Shown here: positions 9,477-18,803 of the stretch, piece after piece | Position numbering within the stretch: the first letter of the stretch is position 1 | Layout of the letters: each line of letters opens with the position of its first letter | Source: an uncultured Actinomycetota bacterium | GTDB taxonomy: Bacteria > Actinomycetota > UBA4738 > HRBIN12 | Assembly (NCBI GenBank): GCA_963762745.1 | Contig: CAVXMB010000001.1 | Span: 35,301-99,300, forward strand | Length of the DNA stretch: 64,000 bases | Direction: 5' to 3' | Program-made: the position numbers and the translations under genes | Notes under the pieces: generated by a model | What the model saw: only the letters and a program-made list of their open reading frames with translations | Told to the model about the DNA's origin: nothing | Database searches by the model: none

Positions 9477-10661
9477 ATGGCGAAGCAGACTTACGTCGCG
9501 AATGTGACGCTGTTCGACGGGCGAGCCGTGAAGAGGCGTCAGGGTGTGCTCTTCGGGACGGACGGCATCACGTGGGTCGGCGCACACACACGTGCACCGA
9601 AAGAGGCGAGCGCCGCCCGCGACGTCGACGGCGCCGGCAAGACCCTGCTGCCGGGCCTGATCGACGTCCACGTCCATCTCCAGTTCGACGGCAGCGCGGA
9701 CTTCGAGAAGGAGTCGAAGGAGCTGACGACACCCGGTTTCGCCGCCATCAAAGCCATGAACAACGCGAAACGGAACCTGGATGCGGGAGTGACCACGGTC
9801 CGCGATCTCGGTGGGATGGGCGGCGCGAGCATCGACGTCGCGCGGGCCGTGGCCACCGGCCTGGTCCCGGGACCGCGGATCCTCGCGGCGGGTCGGGCCC
9901 TCACGGTCACCGGCGGCCACGGCCACAACATCGCGCTCTCCCGGCAGGTCGACGGTGCCGACGCGGTGCGCGCCGCCGTGCGGGAGGAGATCCGAGACGG
10001 CGCGACCGCGATCAAGCTGATCGCGACCGGCGGGGTCCTCACGCCCGGCATCCCCGCGACGTTCAGCGCCTTCACCGCGGAGGAGCTCGAGGCCGGCGTC
10101 CGAGAAGCGCACGAACGAGATCTTCCCGTCGCCGCGCACGCGATCGGCGCGAACGGGATCCGCGCGGCGGTGCTCGCCGGCGTGGACTCGATCGAGCACT
10201 GCAACCAGCTGACTCCCGCGACCGCTCGGGAGATGGTCGCCCGTGGCACGTTCCGGTCGCCGACGATCTGCGCCGTCCGGGGGATCCTCGATCACGCGGA
10301 CCGCGTGCCGGACTACGCCGTCGAGAAGGCGCGCAAGATCGAAGCAGATTCGAAGAAGTCCCATCGAACCGCGATCCGAGCCGGCGTCCGTCCCGTGTGC
10401 GGAACCGACGCCGGCACCCCGTTCAACCCGCACGGCAACGCGCCGCAGGAGATCGTCTACATGGTGGAGTGGGGGATGGCACCGGTCGACGCACTCCGCG
10501 CGGCGACCGCGAACGGCGCCGAGCTGCTGCGCATTCCGGACGTCGGCACGATCGAGGCGGGCACGCGTGCCGACCTGCTCCTCGTCGACGGCGATCCGAT
10601 CGAGGATCCCCGCGCGCTGCTCGGGCGGAGGCAGGTGTGGCAGGCCGGGACGCCCGCCTAG
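9477..10661 (+). CDS. amidohydrolase-family metallo-hydrolase
   Basis: Start at MAKQTYVANVTLFDG inside track ORF 8985..10661. 'GLIDVHVHL' HxH metal motif and 'GTDAG' near the C-terminus. Confidence 0.8.
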   Translation: MAKQTYVANVTLFDGRAVKRRQGVLFGTDGITWVGAHTRAPKEASAARDVDGAGKTLLPGLIDVHVHLQFDGSADFEKESKELTTPGFAAIKAMNNAKRNLDAGVTTVRDLGGMGGASIDVARAVATGLVPGPRILAAGRALTVTGGHGHNIALSRQVDGADAVRAAVREEIRDGATAIKLIATGGVLTPGIPATFSAFTAEELEAGVREAHERDLPVAAHAIGANGIRAAVLAGVDSIEHCNQLTPATAREMVARGTFRSPTICAVRGILDHADRVPDYAVEKARKIEADSKKSHRTAIRAGVRPVCGTDAGTPFNPHGNAPQEIVYMVEWGMAPVDALRAATANGAELLRIPDVGTIEAGTRADLLLVDGDPIEDPRALLGRRQVWQAGTPA

Positions 10662-11110
10662 CGATCGCGCAGGATCCGCTCCAGGACCTCGACGCCGTCT
10701 CCGAGCGCGGCCAGCTCGGTGGGGGAGAGCGCCGCCAGAGTCGTCTCGAGGGTCTGGACGCGTCTCGCGCGGCCCCGCTTGAGCGTCCGCGCACCCGTCG
10801 GTGTGGCGCGGACCCGGACCGCTCTCGCGTCGTCCGGGTCGGCCTCACGGACCGCGAGCCCGTCCCGGACGAGGCCGTCCACCAGCCTCGTCATCGTTGG
10901 CGGCTCCACCTGCTCGATCCGGGCGAGGTCGCCGATCCGCTTCGGACCGGCGAACACCAGGACCGACAGGACGGAGAGGCGCGGGGCAGAGATGCCCAGC
11001 GCCTCGTCCTCCACGCGCAGGCGACGCAAGAGGTGGATCGCGGCCGAATGGAGCCGGTCCGCCACCCGCCCCACCTCTCGCGTCGGGGAAGTCCGCCTTG
11101 ACGTGGTCAT
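10658..11110 (-). CDS. MarR-family transcriptional regulator
   Basis: 150 aa. The winged-HTH core (LSVLSVLVFAGPKRIGDLARIEQVEPPTMTRLVDGLVRDGLAVR) is typical of MarR. Confidence 0.8.
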   Translation of the reverse strand: MTTSRRTSPTREVGRVADRLHSAAIHLLRRLRVEDEALGISAPRLSVLSVLVFAGPKRIGDLARIEQVEPPTMTRLVDGLVRDGLAVREADPDDARAVRVRATPTGARTLKRGRARRVQTLETTLAALSPTELAALGDGVEVLERILRDR

Positions 11111-11111
11111 C

Positions 11112-11149
11112 TTGACGACAATATCGGTATTTAGTTAGGCTACACAAAT
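11112..11149. promoter_or_regulatory. candidate divergent promoter/operator between MarR and ankyrin genes
   Basis: AT-rich 58-bp spacer. TTGACG (11112-17), 18-nt spacer, TAGGCT (11136-41) on the + strand. An imperfect 21-nt palindrome ATTTAGTTAGGCTACACAAAT (11129-49, 14/21 self-complementary) overlaps the -10. Confidence 0.3.
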
Positions 11150-11168
11150 AATAGCGAGGAGAGTAGCG

Positions 11169-11843
11169 ATGGCAAGCATTCCGGACGAGCTCTTCGAGGC
11201 GATCGAAGCGGGCGATGTGACAGGGGTCGACGCGATGCTCGACGCGGACCCGTCGCTCGCGTCTTCGCGGGACGCGAGCGGCGTGTCCGCGCTGATGCGG
11301 GCGCTGTATCGCTTCGACAAGGCGTTGGTCGAAGCCGTCAAGAGGCGGGTCGACACCCTCGACGTCTTCGAGGCGGCGGGCTTCGGCGACGTCGATCGCC
11401 TCACCGAGCTCCTCGAGGCCGAGCCGTCGCTCGTGAACGACTACTCCGGCGACGGGTTCACCGCCTTGCACTTCGCCGCGTTCTTCGGCAGGCCCGACGC
11501 GGCGTCATTGCTGATCGAGCGGGGCGCCGAGGTCGACGCCTTCGGCCGCGGGTGGATGACCGGGACCGCGATCCACTCCGCGGTCAGCCGTCTGCACGGC
11601 GACATCGTCCGGATCCTCCTCGACGCGGGAGCCAACCCGAACGTGCGCCAGTCGGCGGGATGGACGCCGTTGCACGCCGCCGCGATGAACGGCGACCGGA
11701 CCAGCGTCGAGCTCCTCCTCGCCTCAGGGGCGGATCCCACGGCGACCAACGAAGAGGGACGGAGCGTCGCCGACCTCGCGAACGAGAGCGGCGACGACGC
11801 GACCGCGGACCGGATCCGATCTGCGCTTCAGGCGGCTCCGTAG
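11169..11843 (+). CDS. ankyrin-repeat protein
   Basis: 224 aa with repeated 'G.TALH.AA..G....LL...GA' units (GFTALHFAAFFGRPDAASLLIERGAEV; GWTPLHAAAMNGDRTSVELLLASGADP). RBS GAGGAG upstream. Confidence 0.8.
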   Translation: MASIPDELFEAIEAGDVTGVDAMLDADPSLASSRDASGVSALMRALYRFDKALVEAVKRRVDTLDVFEAAGFGDVDRLTELLEAEPSLVNDYSGDGFTALHFAAFFGRPDAASLLIERGAEVDAFGRGWMTGTAIHSAVSRLHGDIVRILLDAGANPNVRQSAGWTPLHAAAMNGDRTSVELLLASGADPTATNEEGRSVADLANESGDDATADRIRSALQAAP

Positions 11844-12997
11844 CCGGCGAACACGTACTCCTGATCCATCGAGTCGCACGGGTTCCCCCGACCGAACAGC
11901 ACGCGGCCGGTGGTCACGTCGGCGATGCACCAGAACACGGTCTTGGACGTGGGGTGGCCCCACTCGGGATGACGGCAGACCTCGTCCGGCTGGTTCTCGT
12001 GATCGGAGAGGATGGCCTTCAGGACCTCGGGCGTCACGGAGCCCGCCGACTGGCCTGCGAGAAGATCGCGAGCTCGGCAGAACCGCACGTCCGATCGAAC
12101 CGCGTAGTCGGTGTCGCCCTCGTACGGGCGCATCCGCTCGCTGACGTAGTGGTTCGTGTGCGTGAGGTGATCCTCCTCGTCCAGATGGGAGATCTCGACG
12201 TCGGTGGCGCTGCCCTCGATGTTCGCGACGTCTCCGTAGCGGTCGGCGAGCACGTTGTTGTACGAAGAGGCCCGGTCGGCCCGGATCGCCATGGCGACCA
12301 TCTCGTGGAGGTTGCGCGCCCTGAGCATCTCGAACACCTGGTGCGATCGCGAGATCCCGACGCGCTCGTCGTTGGGACTGAGCTCGTTCCCGGTGAGGGA
12401 GAGGCCGGCCTGGTTCCAACCGACGCTGATCCACGGCACCCCGCCGATCTGGAGGATCCCCGGCTCGTCGTCGACGGTCTTCTCGATCGCCACGATGTCC
12501 GCCTCCATCTCGGGGCGGAGATCGTTGTTGTGACCGACCCAGAGATGCCCGTCGGCCGTCGCCGCCGGACCGGCGACGACGTCGCTGCAGCGGCCTTGGG
12601 TCTGCTTGGGATACGGCGTGTACCAGAGCTCTTCGATCGTCGTCGCGAAGAACTCCGAGGGATCCACGCCCGCGCCTTCCGCGCAGCCGTCGAGCTCCTC
12701 GAGCAGCCAGGGGAGCGAGGGCTCGGTGGCGTCGCGGTAGGCCTTCGCCAGCAGCAGCTGTGCGTCGCGCGTCCGGCCCTCGGGGAGCTGGTCGTCGAAC
12801 GTCTCGATCCCGCGACGGATCTGCTCGGCGCCGAGCTCACCCATCTGGATGCCCACCTCGCGGTGGGTCCCCGAGACCCGGTAGAGCTCGATCGGATGAG
12901 GGGTCACCCGGGGATGGTATCCCGTCTCCTCGCACGGCTCCCAGGTCTTGTCACTCTCGGGGGGTACGGTTGCCCCATGACCCCCTCCGAGCGTCAA
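11828..12997 (-). CDS. C45-family peptidase / acyl-CoA:6-APA acyltransferase-like protein
   Basis: 389 aa with overall C45-like layout and a candidate autoproteolytic Cys in 'QGRCSDVVAG'. Start is uncertain (a GTG at 12907 would leave a more usual divergent spacer). Confidence 0.65.
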   Translation of the reverse strand: MTLGGGHGATVPPESDKTWEPCEETGYHPRVTPHPIELYRVSGTHREVGIQMGELGAEQIRRGIETFDDQLPEGRTRDAQLLLAKAYRDATEPSLPWLLEELDGCAEGAGVDPSEFFATTIEELWYTPYPKQTQGRCSDVVAGPAATADGHLWVGHNNDLRPEMEADIVAIEKTVDDEPGILQIGGVPWISVGWNQAGLSLTGNELSPNDERVGISRSHQVFEMLRARNLHEMVAMAIRADRASSYNNVLADRYGDVANIEGSATDVEISHLDEEDHLTHTNHYVSERMRPYEGDTDYAVRSDVRFCRARDLLAGQSAGSVTPEVLKAILSDHENQPDEVCRHPEWGHPTSKTVFWCIADVTTGRVLFGRGNPCDSMDQEYVFAGYGAA

Positions 12998-13011
12998 GGG
13001 AAGGTGACCGG

Positions 13012-14061
13012 ATGATCGATGACGTCCTGATCGCGGCGCTGGCCGCGTGCGTCGGTGTCGCCGTGGGTGTGTTGGTGGTGCTTCGCCGCCAGCAGCCTGA
13101 AGCGGAAGAGCCGGAGGCCCTCGACGCGCTCAACGCCCTCGGGGCGCTGAACGCGCAGCTCCACGCCGAGCTGACCGCTCGGTTGGAGGTACAGGCGGCC
13201 GAGCTCCGTCGGATCGCCGACGCCTCCGGCCAGCGGGACGTCTCGGCCGAGCATCTGCGGTCCGGCCTCGAGGCGACGCGTCAGGTCCTCGAGCAGCTCC
13301 AGGTGCGGGACGAGGAGCGGCGCTCGTCGGATACGGAGAATCGGGAGGTCGTCCGCCGGCTCGCGACCGTCCTCGCCGGGGGCAGTACGAAGGGCAGGGC
13401 CGGCGAGCACGTCCTCCGCGAGCATCTCGGCCAGCTCCCGCCGTCGATGCTCGCGTCCGATTTCCGCGTGAACGGCAAGGTGGTCGAGTTCGGTCTTCGC
13501 CTTCCGGACGGGCGACGCCTGCCGATCGACTCCAAGTGGTCGGCCGTGGCGGAGCTCGAGGCGATGGAGGCGGAGGAAGACCCGACCCGGCGAGACGCGT
13601 GTGCACGCAAAGTCGAGAAGGCGGTCGCGGCGCGGGCCAAGGAGGTCGGGCAGTACATCGACACCTCGGTGACGGCGCCGGTCGCCGTCGCGGCCGTGCC
13701 GGACGCCGCCTACCAGGTGCTGTCCCGGGCGCATACCGAGGCGTTCATGCGCGGCGTGGTCATCGTGCCGTATTCGAGCGCGTTGCCGATCATCATGTTC
13801 TTGTACGCGCTCGTGGAGCGCTTCGGCGACGCCGCGGACGTACAGGCCGCGCTCGCCGAGGTCGGAACGCTCCTCGATGCCATGGATGCGATCGTCGAGA
13901 ACAAGTTCTCGAAGGCCGGCACGATGATCTCCAACGGTGCCGACGAGTTCCGGTCGAACCTCGGCAAAGCACGCGGTTCCATCGCGAGAGCTCGCCATGC
14001 CGAGCAGCTCCAGCTCGCGGACGTCGCCGCGGACGAGGAGGTCCTCTCGATCGTGCGCTAG
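13012..14061 (+). CDS. RmuC-like DNA recombination protein
   Basis: Start at MIDDVLIAALAACVG (N-terminal TM) inside track ORF 12760..14061. Coiled-coil segment followed by 'KGRAGEHVLREHL...LPDGRRLPIDSKW', as in the RmuC family (from memory). Confidence 0.65.
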   Translation: MIDDVLIAALAACVGVAVGVLVVLRRQQPEAEEPEALDALNALGALNAQLHAELTARLEVQAAELRRIADASGQRDVSAEHLRSGLEATRQVLEQLQVRDEERRSSDTENREVVRRLATVLAGGSTKGRAGEHVLREHLGQLPPSMLASDFRVNGKVVEFGLRLPDGRRLPIDSKWSAVAELEAMEAEEDPTRRDACARKVEKAVAARAKEVGQYIDTSVTAPVAVAAVPDAAYQVLSRAHTEAFMRGVVIVPYSSALPIIMFLYALVERFGDAADVQAALAEVGTLLDAMDAIVENKFSKAGTMISNGADEFRSNLGKARGSIARARHAEQLQLADVAADEEVLSIVR

Positions 14062-14086
14062 CGGGCGGCGGATAGGCTCACCGCCG

Positions 14087-14425
14087 ATGCAGTTCGACGA
14101 GGCTCTCGAGCGCTACGGCTTCCGTCCGCGGGAGGAACGCGGCTTCGGGAGAGGTGCGCAGCTCTTCCTGGCCAACCCCAACCGCTATCTCACGTACACG
14201 GTGCACGCCTACCCGGACGGCACCGCGATCTTCAGCTGGGAGTTCGCGCTCGGCGAATACCTGCTGACCAAGGGCATCCAGGTGGGATCCGACGAGACGT
14301 TGAACCAGTTCGCCTACCCGCGAGAGGAGCTCCGCGGCCAGCAGGACGGCACGTGGCTCACGTCCGCGATCGAGCGGACGGAGGCGATGCTCGCCGACGT
14401 CCGGCTCGATCGCCCCGACGACTGA
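14087..14425 (+). CDS. hypothetical protein (112 aa)
   Basis: Start at MQFDEALERYGF inside track ORF 13937..14425. Non-repetitive, balanced composition. No family recognised. Confidence 0.5.
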   Translation: MQFDEALERYGFRPREERGFGRGAQLFLANPNRYLTYTVHAYPDGTAIFSWEFALGEYLLTKGIQVGSDETLNQFAYPREELRGQQDGTWLTSAIERTEAMLADVRLDRPDD

Positions 14426-14440
14426 GTCCGGACATGCGAA

Positions 14441-14469
14441 GGGGGCGGCGCGCTTCGCGCGCCGCCCCC
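14441..14469. terminator. GC-rich hairpin between convergent genes (candidate bidirectional terminator)
   Basis: GGGGGCGGCGCGC (14441-53), 3-nt loop, GCGCGCCGCCCCC (14457-69). Perfect 13-bp stem between the stops at 14425 (+) and 14494 (-). No clear U-tract. Confidence 0.5.
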
Positions 14470-14493
14470 TGTCGCGTCATCCAGGTTCTCGGT

Positions 14494-14694
14494 TCAGACG
14501 AGCCGGACGTTCTGGGCTTGGGGGCCCTTCTGTCCGTCGACGATGTCGAACTCGACCGCCTGTCCCTCCTCGAGGTTCTTGTAACCCTCCCCGGTGATAC
14601 CGGAGAAGTGCACGAACACGTCGGGGCCTTCGGACTGGGTGATGAAGCCGAACCCCTTCTCGGGGCTGAACCACTTCACGGTGCCTGTTGCCAC
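14494..14694 (-). CDS. cspA: cold-shock protein (CspA family)
   Basis: 66 aa with RNP1/RNP2 motifs: [31 protein letters not shown]... GTG start and a GGAGGG RBS upstream on the minus strand. Confidence 0.95.
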   Translation of the reverse strand: MATGTVKWFSPEKGFGFITQSEGPDVFVHFSGITGEGYKNLEEGQAVEFDIVDGQKGPQAQNVRLV

Positions 14695-14906
14695 TGGCGT
14701 TCCCTCCTTCCGCGGCCGGTGCGGACGTATCGGCGAAGCGTGTCCGTCGGCCTACCCGGCCTCGGCCGGGGAGGGAACTGCCAGAACAACGGTGGCACAA
14801 AAACCGGTGCTGCATGAACCCTCGAACTGGAGGGTACTTGATACTGCCGACACGTGCCAGCGCCGAGCACGCCCTCACGGCCGCGTGGCGCTCGTGCTGC
14901 TTGTCC
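14695..14906 (-). promoter_or_regulatory. 212-bp upstream region / probable long 5' UTR of the csp gene
   Basis: One of the longest non-coding stretches in the window, directly upstream of csp. Csp genes commonly have long structured leaders. No promoter boxes convincingly placed. Confidence 0.35.
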
Positions 14907-15992
14907 TCACGTGGCCCGGGTCCCGCCGACCAGCCCGAGGTATTCGGCCCGTCGCGCGAACGTCTCCTTCATCTGCTCGGCGATCCGTTCGACGACCTCG
15001 TCCCGATACGCCTCGTCCAACTGGGTCGCCGCCGCGTAGTACAGGGCCGCGAACGATGCCATCCCGGTGGCGACCCGAAGCAGCTCTTCCGTGATCACGA
15101 CCACGGTGTCCGCGAAGAACGGGATCCGCAGGAGCTCGGTGCCCTGCTGCCCGAGCCAGGCTTCGCGGACCCCCGCGCTCACCAGGAGCGATCCGAACAC
15201 CACGAAGAAGAGCCATACGGCGAACGCGACGAACACCACCTGGAGGAACTGGCTGAGGAACATGACCAGTCCGACGTTGATGCGTTGCGGCCTGCTGAGG
15301 TGCTCGCCTTGCAGCTCGGTCTCGCGCTCCAGGCCTCGGACGCTTCCCGGGAGGCGCAGCAGGAGGAATCCGGCGGCGAGCAGCACGAACAATGCGGTTG
15401 CCGCGACGAACTTCGGCATCCGAGGCACCGTCCAGATCTGCCACGTCTCCGTGGTGAAGAAGATCACCAACAGGAAGAAGAGCAGGAGCGAGAGCGCTCG
15501 AACGAGCACCGTGAGCGAAGCGGCGAACAGGCTGACGAATCGGCGCACCGCCCACTCGAGGATCGAGACGGCGCCGAACCCCAGCACGAGGTACACGAGG
15601 CCGAGGAGCGCGGTGTTCCCCACCAGCGTGATGCCGGCACTCTTCTCCTGCCCGCCGAAGAGCAACGGGAGCACGGAGGGCACCAGCACGAACACGATCA
15701 TCTCCGAGAGTCCCACCCGCCGCGGCACCGAGAGGAACGGCTGTCCACGGGCCAGGTTGAGCACCCCGATGATCCCCAGCGAGATCGCGATGCCACCGGC
15801 CAGGAACCCGACGTTGGTCCAGAATCCGAAGGCGAAGTTCAGCGCGTTCAAGATCTCCAGCACGAACACCACCGTGAGGAGCGGCAGTGCTTTCGCGAAG
15901 GCCTGTCGAGCCGAATAGCCGCGGATGAAGGTCGGGAGCCCGGCCCTCCGGAACGACCGTTCCAGCTCGTCGACCCGGCGATCGTCTCCCAT
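14907..15992 (-). CDS. multi-pass integral membrane protein, unknown family
   Basis: 361 aa with at least 8 hydrophobic helices (e.g. LPLLTVVFVLEILNAL, LLFFLLVIFFTT, VVFVAFAVWLFFVVFGSLLV). Lies 45 bp downstream of, and co-oriented with, the histidine kinase gene. Confidence 0.65.
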   Translation of the reverse strand: MGDDRRVDELERSFRRAGLPTFIRGYSARQAFAKALPLLTVVFVLEILNALNFAFGFWTNVGFLAGGIAISLGIIGVLNLARGQPFLSVPRRVGLSEMIVFVLVPSVLPLLFGGQEKSAGITLVGNTALLGLVYLVLGFGAVSILEWAVRRFVSLFAASLTVLVRALSLLLFFLLVIFFTTETWQIWTVPRMPKFVAATALFVLLAAGFLLLRLPGSVRGLERETELQGEHLSRPQRINVGLVMFLSQFLQVVFVAFAVWLFFVVFGSLLVSAGVREAWLGQQGTELLRIPFFADTVVVITEELLRVATGMASFAALYYAAATQLDEAYRDEVVERIAEQMKETFARRAEYLGLVGGTRAT

Positions 15993-16037
15993 CTCGCGTA
16001 TCGAACCACAGGGTTCGTCCAGGTTCGAACGACGCGA

Positions 16038-17516
16038 CTAGGCGGGGGTCATCTCCTGTTGCTGGGGGTCGCTGCTGCGGACGGACGCCGGAACGGGGAT
16101 CGTCACGGTGAACGTCGTCCCGCGATCCACCACACTGTCCACGGCCACGTCGCCACCGGAACGGCGGGTGAGCTCACGGACGAGGTGCAGCCCCAGACCC
16201 ACGCCACCGTGAGCTCGGGTCGAGGACTGGTCGATCTGTGTGAACCGATCGAAGATCCGCGGGAGGTCTCCGGGCGAGATCCCCGCGCCTTCGTCGCTCA
16301 CACGGATGACCAGCGAACCGTCCCGGATCCGCGCATCGACGAGGACGGGTGCCCCCGGTGTCGAGTACTTCAGGGCGTTGTCCACGAGGTTGGCCACGAT
16401 CTCGTGGAGCGCCACCGGGTCCAACGCCAGCGTGGGGAGATCGCGTTCGACGTGGAGCTGGATCCGATCGACCGATCCCGGGAATGCGTCACGGACCTCG
16501 TCGAGCACATCCGCCACCGACGTCGGTTCCGCGTTGGTCTCGGGATCGCCGTGTTCGAGCTGCGCCTCCCGCAAGAGATTCCCGACGAGGCGTTGCAGGT
16601 GGGCCGTCTGTCGCGCGATCGCCTCGACCGCGTCCCTCGTCGCGGGATCCGCAGAAGGTGCCTGGTGCTTCAGGAGCTCGGCGAACCCTCGGATCGTCGT
16701 GAGCGGCGTCCGGAGCTCGTGCGAGGCTGCTGCAGCGAAATCGCTTTTCAACCGATCGAGCTCACGGAGCTCCGCGACGGTCTCTTGTTCCCGTGCCAGC
16801 AGGACACCGAGCTGATCGGCTTGGTCGAGGAGCTGGGCGTTCTGACGCCTGAGGGTCCTCGTGGTCCCGACCATCACCGGCACCAGTAGGACATAGAGCG
16901 CGAGGAGACCGATCCCCAGGGAGATCTTCAGCGTGTCGTTCAACCCGTCGAGCTGTCGCTGGATCGCGGAATAGTCCTGATACACCTCGATGACCGCGTC
17001 CACCTCATCGGACTCCGTGTCGCTCGAGAGGTTGATCGGCACATAGGTCTCGAACAGCTGGTCGGCCAGGGCACGTTCGCTCGCGTTCTCGGCCTCGTCC
17101 AGATCGGAGATCTCGCTCTCCACCTCTCCCTCGAACGCCTCGTGGAGGTCCTCCTCGATCTCGGGCTCCAGGCCCACCTGTTCCGGGTCGCTGGAGAAGA
17201 CCACCATCCCGTCCGGACTCCAGATCTTCACCCGTTCCACCCCGGCGTCTTCCATGGCGAACTCGTGGATGGCTCGATCGAGCTCGTCGTATCGAGTCCC
17301 GCGGACCGGCCCGGTAAGGTCTGACGGTCTGAGCAGGGGAGCGATGACGCTGCCCGCGATGAGCTCAGCTCGCACCTGCGCCGCCTCCTCGGAGCTGGCT
17401 CGCAGATCTCCTGCTCGGAGCGCAGCGATCCCGACTCCGATCAGCCCGAAGACGATGAAGGTCGTGATCGCGAACCGCCAGACGATGGACGTGCCTCGGA
17501 GGCGCTCGCTGGGCAT
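16038..17516 (-). CDS. sensor histidine kinase (two TM helices, periplasmic-type loop, HisKA + HATPase_c)
   Basis: 492 aa. H-box 'SHELRTPLTTIRG', N-box 'VDNALKYS', G-boxes 'DEGAGI' and 'GGVGLGLHLV'. Confidence 0.85.
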   Translation of the reverse strand: MPSERLRGTSIVWRFAITTFIVFGLIGVGIAALRAGDLRASSEEAAQVRAELIAGSVIAPLLRPSDLTGPVRGTRYDELDRAIHEFAMEDAGVERVKIWSPDGMVVFSSDPEQVGLEPEIEEDLHEAFEGEVESEISDLDEAENASERALADQLFETYVPINLSSDTESDEVDAVIEVYQDYSAIQRQLDGLNDTLKISLGIGLLALYVLLVPVMVGTTRTLRRQNAQLLDQADQLGVLLAREQETVAELRELDRLKSDFAAAASHELRTPLTTIRGFAELLKHQAPSADPATRDAVEAIARQTAHLQRLVGNLLREAQLEHGDPETNAEPTSVADVLDEVRDAFPGSVDRIQLHVERDLPTLALDPVALHEIVANLVDNALKYSTPGAPVLVDARIRDGSLVIRVSDEGAGISPGDLPRIFDRFTQIDQSSTRAHGGVGLGLHLVRELTRRSGGDVAVDSVVDRGTTFTVTIPVPASVRSSDPQQQEMTPA

Positions 17517-17531
17517 ATCAACGGTATCGGC

Positions 17532-18287
17532 GTGCTGCGGAACCGGGTAAAGCCTCCCTCAGGTGAGAGGCGTTACCCTCCTTTCGTGGCCTTCTCCACC
17601 GCTCTCGTGCTCTTCGCCCACCCGGATGACGCCGAATTCTTCTGCGGGGGGACGGTGGCTCGATGGGTTCGAGAAGGGTGCGAGGTGCACTACGTGTGCA
17701 TCACCGACGGGTCCGCCGGCTCGAATGAGCCGGGGACGACGCGGGAGGCGATGCGGCCCGTGCGGGAACGAGAGATGCGTGCCGCCGCGGAGATCCTCGG
17801 CGTCGCTTCGGTCACCTTCCTGGGTGAGCTGGACGGCTTCCTCGAAGTGACGCCCGAGACGAGGCGCAAGGTGACCCGTGAGGTCCGGCGGATCCGGCCC
17901 GACGTGCTGATGGCGCCAGACCCTTCGCGCCTGTGGTACGGGAGCGGCTACATCAACCACTCGGATCACAAGGCGGCCGGCACGCTTGCGCTCTCCGCGG
18001 TCATGCCGGACGCGCCCACGCGCGTCATGTTCCAGGAGCTCGAAGCCGAGGGCCTGGAACCCTTCGAGGTTCCCAACCTGTACCTGTCGATGGACGAGCC
18101 GGATACGTTCGTCGACATCACGGAGACCCTCGATCTCAAGCTCAAGGCGTTGTTCGCGCACGAATCGCAGCTGGGCCCGGAGGTCGCGGAGCGGGTCACC
18201 GAACGGGCACGGAAGGTCGGAGCGCAGGCAGGATGCGAGTTCGCGGAAGGCTTCAAGGCCTTCCGATTCGTGGACGACGAGGACTAG
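17532..18287 (+). CDS. PIG-L/LmbE-family deacetylase
   Basis: 251 aa. 'LVLFAHPDDAEFFCGGT' zinc-site motif and 'HSDH'. GTG start. Confidence 0.8.
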   Translation: MLRNRVKPPSGERRYPPFVAFSTALVLFAHPDDAEFFCGGTVARWVREGCEVHYVCITDGSAGSNEPGTTREAMRPVREREMRAAAEILGVASVTFLGELDGFLEVTPETRRKVTREVRRIRPDVLMAPDPSRLWYGSGYINHSDHKAAGTLALSAVMPDAPTRVMFQELEAEGLEPFEVPNLYLSMDEPDTFVDITETLDLKLKALFAHESQLGPEVAERVTERARKVGAQAGCEFAEGFKAFRFVDDED

Positions 18288-18800
18288 ATGGAAGACGAAC
18301 GCAGCGAGCCGGACCAACCCTACGAGCTCACCGCCGAGGAGCGGCGAGACATCCAGGCCGACCTCGACGACCTGGCTTCGATGCGCTCGGTCTTCTCCAC
18401 CCAGGCGGTGAAGGGCGTCGTGATCGCGTGTCAGGAGTGCGGTGCGAACCACTATTACGAGTGGGAGCTGCTCCGGGACAACCTGGAGCACATGCTGCGG
18501 TCCGGGGAGCCCCGGATGCACGAGCCTGCGTTCGACATCGCGGAAGAGGAATACATCCAGTGGGACTACGGCAAGGGCTACGTGGACGCGCTGACGGACA
18601 CGGGGCTCGAGCCCGAGCGCCGGATCGAGCTCACCCGGTGCCCCTGGTGCCAGTTCCCGTTCGCCGAAGACCACGCGTTCTGTCCCCGGTGCGGCCGCTC
18701 GATGGGCGCCGTTCGGCTCTACCAGGAGCTGATCGGGAAGGGGATGGAGGAACGAGACGTCCGAGCGCTCCTGGTTCGCGCCGGGTTCGAGCCGTTCTGA
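18288..18800 (+). CDS. DUF5319-like protein with extra C-terminal zinc ribbon
   Basis: 170 aa. ATG immediately follows the upstream TAG. 'VVIACQECGANHYYEWELLRDNLEHML...HEPAFD...WDYGKGY' resembles actinobacterial DUF5319 (from memory). Additional CPWC...CPRC ribbon. Confidence 0.6.
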   Translation: MEDERSEPDQPYELTAEERRDIQADLDDLASMRSVFSTQAVKGVVIACQECGANHYYEWELLRDNLEHMLRSGEPRMHEPAFDIAEEEYIQWDYGKGYVDALTDTGLEPERRIELTRCPWCQFPFAEDHAFCPRCGRSMGAVRLYQELIGKGMEERDVRALLVRAGFEPF

Positions 18801-18803
18801 TCC

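Noticed and set aside
14844-14859. Sigma-54-like TGGCAC-N5-xxGC motif (minus strand, TGGCACGTGTCGGCAG) upstream of csp
   Set aside because: The second element is GGCA rather than TTGC, and actinobacteria are not known to have sigma-54. It is most likely chance.
14688-16889. 733-aa plus-strand ORF antisense to the membrane protein and histidine kinase
   Set aside because: It is an E/R/H/D/P-rich repetitive translation with no motifs. The opposite strand encodes a kinase with all H/N/G boxes.
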